The notes under the pieces were generated by a model. It made no database searches, had not been told where the DNA came from, and saw nothing but the letters and a program-made list of their open reading frames with translations. A stretch of DNA of 62,186 nucleotides, the filler included, from Globobulimina sp. (taxonomy: Eukaryota): the NCBI GenBank assembly GCA_003354225.1. It is 23 parts of 23 records of this genome, joined end to end, with 100 filler letters (N's around TTAATTAATTAA, not from the genome) between each part and the next. Parts side by side here need not be neighbours in the genome. Positions count along the whole stretch, not along the records: positions 56,875 to 59,480 come from PIVH01005759.1; positions 59,581 to 62,186 come from PIVH01005760.1; 21 more parts are not named here. One strand, given 5' to 3'. This document shows, one piece after another, positions 57,748-62,186 of this stretch. Every line of letters begins with the position of its first letter. Within the stretch, counting starts at the first letter, position 1. The position numbers were made by a program, and so were the translations under genes.

Positions 57748-58493
57748 TTAATTCATAATGATGATAAATATGGCAATGTAATGAAGCTTACCATGTTGCG
57801 GCAATTCCCAGTTATTTTGCTCTCTAATTTGTTCAATATGTCTCCATTCAATATCGCTATAATCGCATCGTTGTAATGCATTGAAATCGCCAAGTAATAG
57901 TAACGGCAATTTTGCCCGATATTCGCGTGTAAATTGTAATATTTCATTATATTCCTCAATGCGCTTATTTTCATTTCTAAAGTTCAGATGAACCACAACC
58001 ACAGCAATCATCTGTTTAGCTGATAATTGAATAATATTCAACTGCATGCATGAATTATAATAAATTGTGTCAATAATTTTAAATTTAGAGAGCATAGCAA
58101 CGCCAAAATATTTTTTTTTCTTTTTTTTTTGTTATAACTTAGGTCGTTTGTATAGTTTATATCATTTGAGATTGAACTGGAATATTTTAAAAATTGCGTT
58201 TTTAGTTTTACAGTATCCAATGGACTTTGTCTTTGACTGTTTTTAATATTGAATTCAAAAGGTTTGTCATACTTATATTTCTTCAATGGTTTATCTGTTA
58301 CTTCCTGCAAACCCAATATATCCACTTTTATTTCCTGCAAACCATTAATTATTCGATACACATTTGGTTTGTCATGACTGTCAGTCCATGAGTGTATATT
58401 CCACGTTCCAATCCAAAAAGAAACACATTGTTTTTCTTCAATTTCTTGACCGAATGATTCTTTACTTTCTGCCTGTTCCAAAGAAAGAGACAT
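57748..58493 (-). CDS. Endonuclease/exonuclease/phosphatase (EEP) family protein split by a frameshift in an A-run; C-terminus not found
   Basis: IGTWNIH and DILGLQEV in one frame. YFGVAMLSK, VVHL and LLGDFNA in a second frame, with the junction at the poly-A run near 58110-58130. Confidence 0.75.
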
Positions 58494-58737
58494 TGCCGCT
58501 TCGCTGAATATTCAGAGCCAAAAACAAGATCTCACAGGGATGTTGAATCGGACTTGCGTCCTGAATCGGTCCGATTGCATTTTGACCTACTATATATATA
58601 TTAAATTACTACTAAGAGAATATGCTAAAAGAAAAGCAAACGATGCTAATGCGATTACAAAAAACAGATCAGATGAAAACAAAAATCAAATCATATACAA
58701 TTAAAAATCAGAAACAGTCAATCACATTTATCACAAT

Positions 58738-59480
58738 TCACAACATCATTTCAAATTTATCTCTCATACTAAGTTTACTTCCATGCGCTTTTAGTATGTT
58801 TACAATATTATGATATTTCTTTTTTTCAGCCCAAATATGTGCAGTCATTCCGAAGCGATCTCGAATAGTATGATCACAATTATGTTTTAATAATAAACTA
58901 ACTACCTCAATATGGCCACTATACGATGCTAAAATCAATGCAGTACATTTTGCTTTATTTACACAATTAATATCTCCATCATTATCAATATGCGACAATA
59001 ACATACGAACGATTTCGACATATCCAGCTTTTGAGGCAAACATCAGAGTGGACCAACCTCGTTTACTTTTAATATTAATACATTTTACATATTTTAATAA
59101 CACAGCAACAATATTTGTATAACCGCGCGATGCAGCGATCATAGCCGCTGTACAGCCTAATGAGTTTTGATAATCTGCATTTACATTAAATCCACACAAC
59201 ATTTGAATTGCATCATTTCTTTGATAGACCACCGCCACCATTAATGCAGAGATGGAGTCCTTATCACAAATATTAACATCAGCGCCATTGTCTAATAAAT
59301 ATTTTAACATTTTAATATGGTTACATTTAATAGCAAATGCTAATACACCTTCTCCATTGCTATCAATACTATTAATGTTAACATATTTGAACATTTTCTT
59401 AACTTTTTCCATATCGCATTGTTGGACTGCTTCAAATAACATGATCTTTTTAAATTTATCACCAAGTTTATTAATATTAA
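58738..59480 (-). CDS. Ankyrin repeat protein, 5' partial
   Basis: About 6 repeats of G.TAL..A...G...IV..LL..GAD.N. Confidence 0.92.
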
Positions 59481-60031
59481 NNNNNNNNNNNNNNNNNNNN
59501 NNNNNNNNNNNNNNNNNNNNNNNNTTAATTAATTAANNNNNNNNNNNNNNNNNNNNNNNNNNNNNNNNNNNNNNNNNNNNATATAGTGTTTATATGCCAA
59601 AAAGCATTTATATGACAAAATAAAAGCATTTATATAGCATTTACCTGACTAAAACGGTACACAGTTCGCACACAAACTCGAAGAAAGTTAATTAGGACAA
59701 TAAGAAAAAAATAATTTAATTAAACAATGAATGTTTCTTGTCTTGCAAAGATGGGATGACGCATGTTTTTGATACCAATTACCATTCAATTTTCCAATAT
59801 GTGTTTGTGGAATATTAATATGCCGAGTAAAGTACTTTAGTCTGTGTGTAATGTGTATGTTGAGCGAACGCATTCAAATGCAACCAAATGAACACACTCA
59901 TCAAAGAAATACTGAATCATTATTCACATATTTTTCATGCGGATATGCACATACAACGAAACACGTACTTACTACTTACAAACCATGACGTTGGCGTTGC
60001 TGAACTAGCCACGTACGCATTTTCCCACATT

Positions 60032-60781
60032 TTATCGTGCCATATATGTTTGATATCGTTGCCATCGTTGTTTTCGATTCACATCATACGATTTATATAC
60101 TTTTTTCCAAACCGTTGAATAGAAACATTTTTCAAACGGATAATAATAATCCATTTTAATTAATGGCAATTTATAGTTTGAATCGTAATCAAATTTCTCG
60201 AGTCTTACATGGTATCGACATCTGCATTGTGGACAGCTACAATATGAATGGCCTGTGTCTGCAGCTTGATATTCCCAACGATTTATACACTGTTTATGAT
60301 ATAAATGGCCGCATTTAAGTAATTGCAATTCTTGTCCAGATCGGCGTGGCCTTAATCTATCATAACATATGGCACATTCACCCTTTTTCTTTTTAATGTG
60401 TGCATACATGCGGTAGCTATGACTGCGCATAAAATAAATACAATCGAGAGCATATTCAGATGATCTATACTTGCTATCGTATGATAACCACACTGTTAAA
60501 TCAGTCACGAAACAAAGTCTCAATATATTTATCATATCGAATAATAAAAGGAATGACGTGGCCATACCAATGGCAAATACCACCCAATGTATATATGATA
60601 ATGTCAATAGGGAATAGAATACATAATAATTAAGAATTGCAATGACAAATTCAGCTGTTAAAGTTGATAAAGAGTACACTAATCTACTGGGCAATGCTGC
60701 ATATTTTTCTTCATCAGCTCCAAATATGGATTTCAAGAAATAAAATAGCAATCGAAATGCATAAAATACTAACTGGAACAT
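60032..60781 (-). CDS. Transmembrane RING-H2 E3 ligase
   Basis: N-terminal hydrophobic helices, then CAIC...LKCGHLYHKQCINRW...CPQCR. Confidence 0.8.
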   Translation of the reverse strand: MFQLVFYAFRLLFYFLKSIFGADEEKYAALPSRLVYSLSTLTAEFVIAILNYYVFYSLLTLSYIHWVVFAIGMATSFLLLFDMINILRLCFVTDLTVWLSYDSKYRSSEYALDCIYFMRSHSYRMYAHIKKKKGECAICYDRLRPRRSGQELQLLKCGHLYHKQCINRWEYQAADTGHSYCSCPQCRCRYHVRLEKFDYDSNYKLPLIKMDYYYPFEKCFYSTVWKKVYKSYDVNRKQRWQRYQTYMAR

Positions 60782-60850
60782 GATTATTATCAATATTAAG
60801 AGTGTATGTACTAGTTTGGTAATTCAGTTAAAAAACATTTATTTATAATC

Positions 60851-62186
60851 ATGAGCCAGACGTTTGAATATGATCATTTCGTAAAATATGATAATAAAAA
60901 CAACAAACCATCGATAATAAAAACACATGGTTATCGAAACCATCATGCTCCAGGTTTGTCCATTTAATTTGTATTTTTGCAAACTTGAAACAGCAAATAT
61001 TGACAAAACAATTGACTGCAGCGCAACAAACAGAAATGCATCACGCGAAGAGGCATGCAATAAATAAGAAAAGGAGCTTGAAGGAATCATTTGGGTCATA
61101 TGATATCGACGATTGTCAGACGAGAAAAGTACAGAAAACAAATGAGATTAATATTGGTGTACTTAGTCCGCATAAAAGCGAACCAAATGAATATGAAACA
61201 AATAATAATTTAAATCAATTAGCAGAAAATTGTAAACTTCGAATGACAAATTATAATCGAGCTCAAGAATTAATTTTAGTGAAAAAAAACTATGAAGATT
61301 TAGGTGGACGTTATTTAGAATTAAAAAAAAAGGCTAAAGCCCTGGAAGAAGGATGTAATTGGAGTAATTCAACAATTGCTGGCTTACAATCAGAAAATCA
61401 ACAATTAAGAGACCAAAACGATACATTTCTGGATGACTATAAATCATTAAAATTACAAATGGTTCAAAATAAAATCAAATTACATTTTTCACAAAAAAAT
61501 TATAAAAGCTTAGAAACATTTGCCCAAAATCAACAACAACAATTACAAGGATTACAACAAAAACACCAATCCATTCAAGATCAATATCAACGACATGAAA
61601 AACACTGTGACATTGAAGAAAAACGAAAATTTGAAGTGTCCCATCACGACTCCCATAAAGCAGCACAATGTTTATTAAATAGAATAAATGTTGGCTACAA
61701 ATTCGAAGCGTTTGGCACACTCCAAGCCGGACCAGGAAATTGGGTTCGTTTACAAAAATTTAACTATACACCACAGGCACAACCACAACCATCGGGTCGC
61801 CAACCACATTTATTTGTTAATGGAGTCGATCAAAGAGTGCGGATAAAAGAATCACATTTTTGCAGTAGAATTGTTAAATTGCATTGCGTAAAATTTAATG
61901 GTCAGAATGTTGTCGCAAGCGGCATTTTATTGTGTATTAAAGGCCAGAAAATATATGTATTGGCAAACGCACATTGTGTAATGGATAGAAATCATGGTGG
62001 TTATAACCATGCGATCACTGGCGAATGGAAGCGTGATGGGATAAATACTGTGTTTACATTTGAGATTGAAGCGGTGATTGTTCATCCGAAGCAGAACGGG
62101 AATGGGTTTGATTTAGCCGTTTTAGGTGGGACTCTTGACCAGAATGCATATGCTAAATTGTCCAGTCATGGCTTGCGAGATACGCA
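60851..62186 (+). CDS. Coiled-coil protein with C-terminal trypsin-like (V8/glutamyl-endopeptidase-like) serine protease domain; 3' partial; likely join(60851..60953,61022..>62186)
   Basis: Missed by the ORF track because there is no stop. Frame is open from 60898 to the window end: coiled coil, then FVNGVDQRVRI, ASGIL, VLANAHCV (catalytic His) and FDLAVL (catalytic Asp). The Ser motif would lie beyond the window. Confidence 0.7.

Noticed and set aside
57615..57750. Plus-strand peptide IEGLQVHEFNIHFYGSCSD, faintly like Cu/Zn superoxide dismutase
   Set aside because: Too short, bounded by stops, and lacking the remaining His ligands.
2611..59580. Regularly spaced TTAATTAATTAA every 2.7 kb or so, resembling a repeat array or chromosome-breakage signal
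   Set aside because: It is always embedded in exactly 44+44 Ns, so it is an artificial six-frame-stop linker. ORF tails ending XXX-LIN are artefacts, and cross-spacer clusters (for example TERT with the LINE RT or EEP) are not real neighbourhoods.
60839..61141. 100-aa hydrophobic minus-strand ORF as a possible first exon of the RING gene
   Set aside because: It has a TTG start and is antisense to the better-supported coiled-coil/protease gene.
1..62186. CRISPR arrays, rRNA, tRNA, telomeric repeat tracts, prokaryotic operons
   Set aside because: None seen by eye. The short repeats are coding (PT, PQR, Asn, Gln) or an intronic minisatellite without unique spacers. A tRNAscan/Infernal run would be needed to exclude small RNAs.

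Overview
This window is not one contiguous locus. It is 23 unrelated contigs of about 2.6 kb, sorted by length (2610 down to 2606 bp) and joined by artificial 100-nt spacers (N44-TTAATTAATTAA-N44), so gene neighbourhood means nothing across spacers. The DNA is AT-rich nuclear DNA from a microbial eukaryote with the standard code, short GT-AG introns (53-134 nt in those I could map) and very compact head-to-head gene pairs. Gene style suggests a foraminiferan/rhizarian, but that is inference only. Recognisable genes: telomerase reverse transcriptase (TERT), DNAAF1/ODA7, RPL34, a gamma-SNAP-like protein, copine, two AIG1/septin-like GTPases (one with PB1 and SAM domains), a galectin-mucin protein, a Kazal-repeat protein, two RING-H2 ligases, MFS transporters, a YeeE/YedE transporter, a GH1 fragment, a bacterial-type DUF5060/DUF4038/DUF5605 glycosidase, an SDR epimerase, and ankyrin, PH and EEP proteins. 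Mobile or selfish DNA: a non-LTR RT with one premature stop, a decayed LAGLIDADG endonuclease, a MITE, and two terminally redundant contigs (circular or tandem). One of those carries an APE endonuclease without RT, the other a decayed RPA70C-like OB-fold plus a membrane protein. Three apparent pseudoenzymes (HD, PP2C, CaMK-like) are also present. All family calls come from motif recognition by eye, not database searches.
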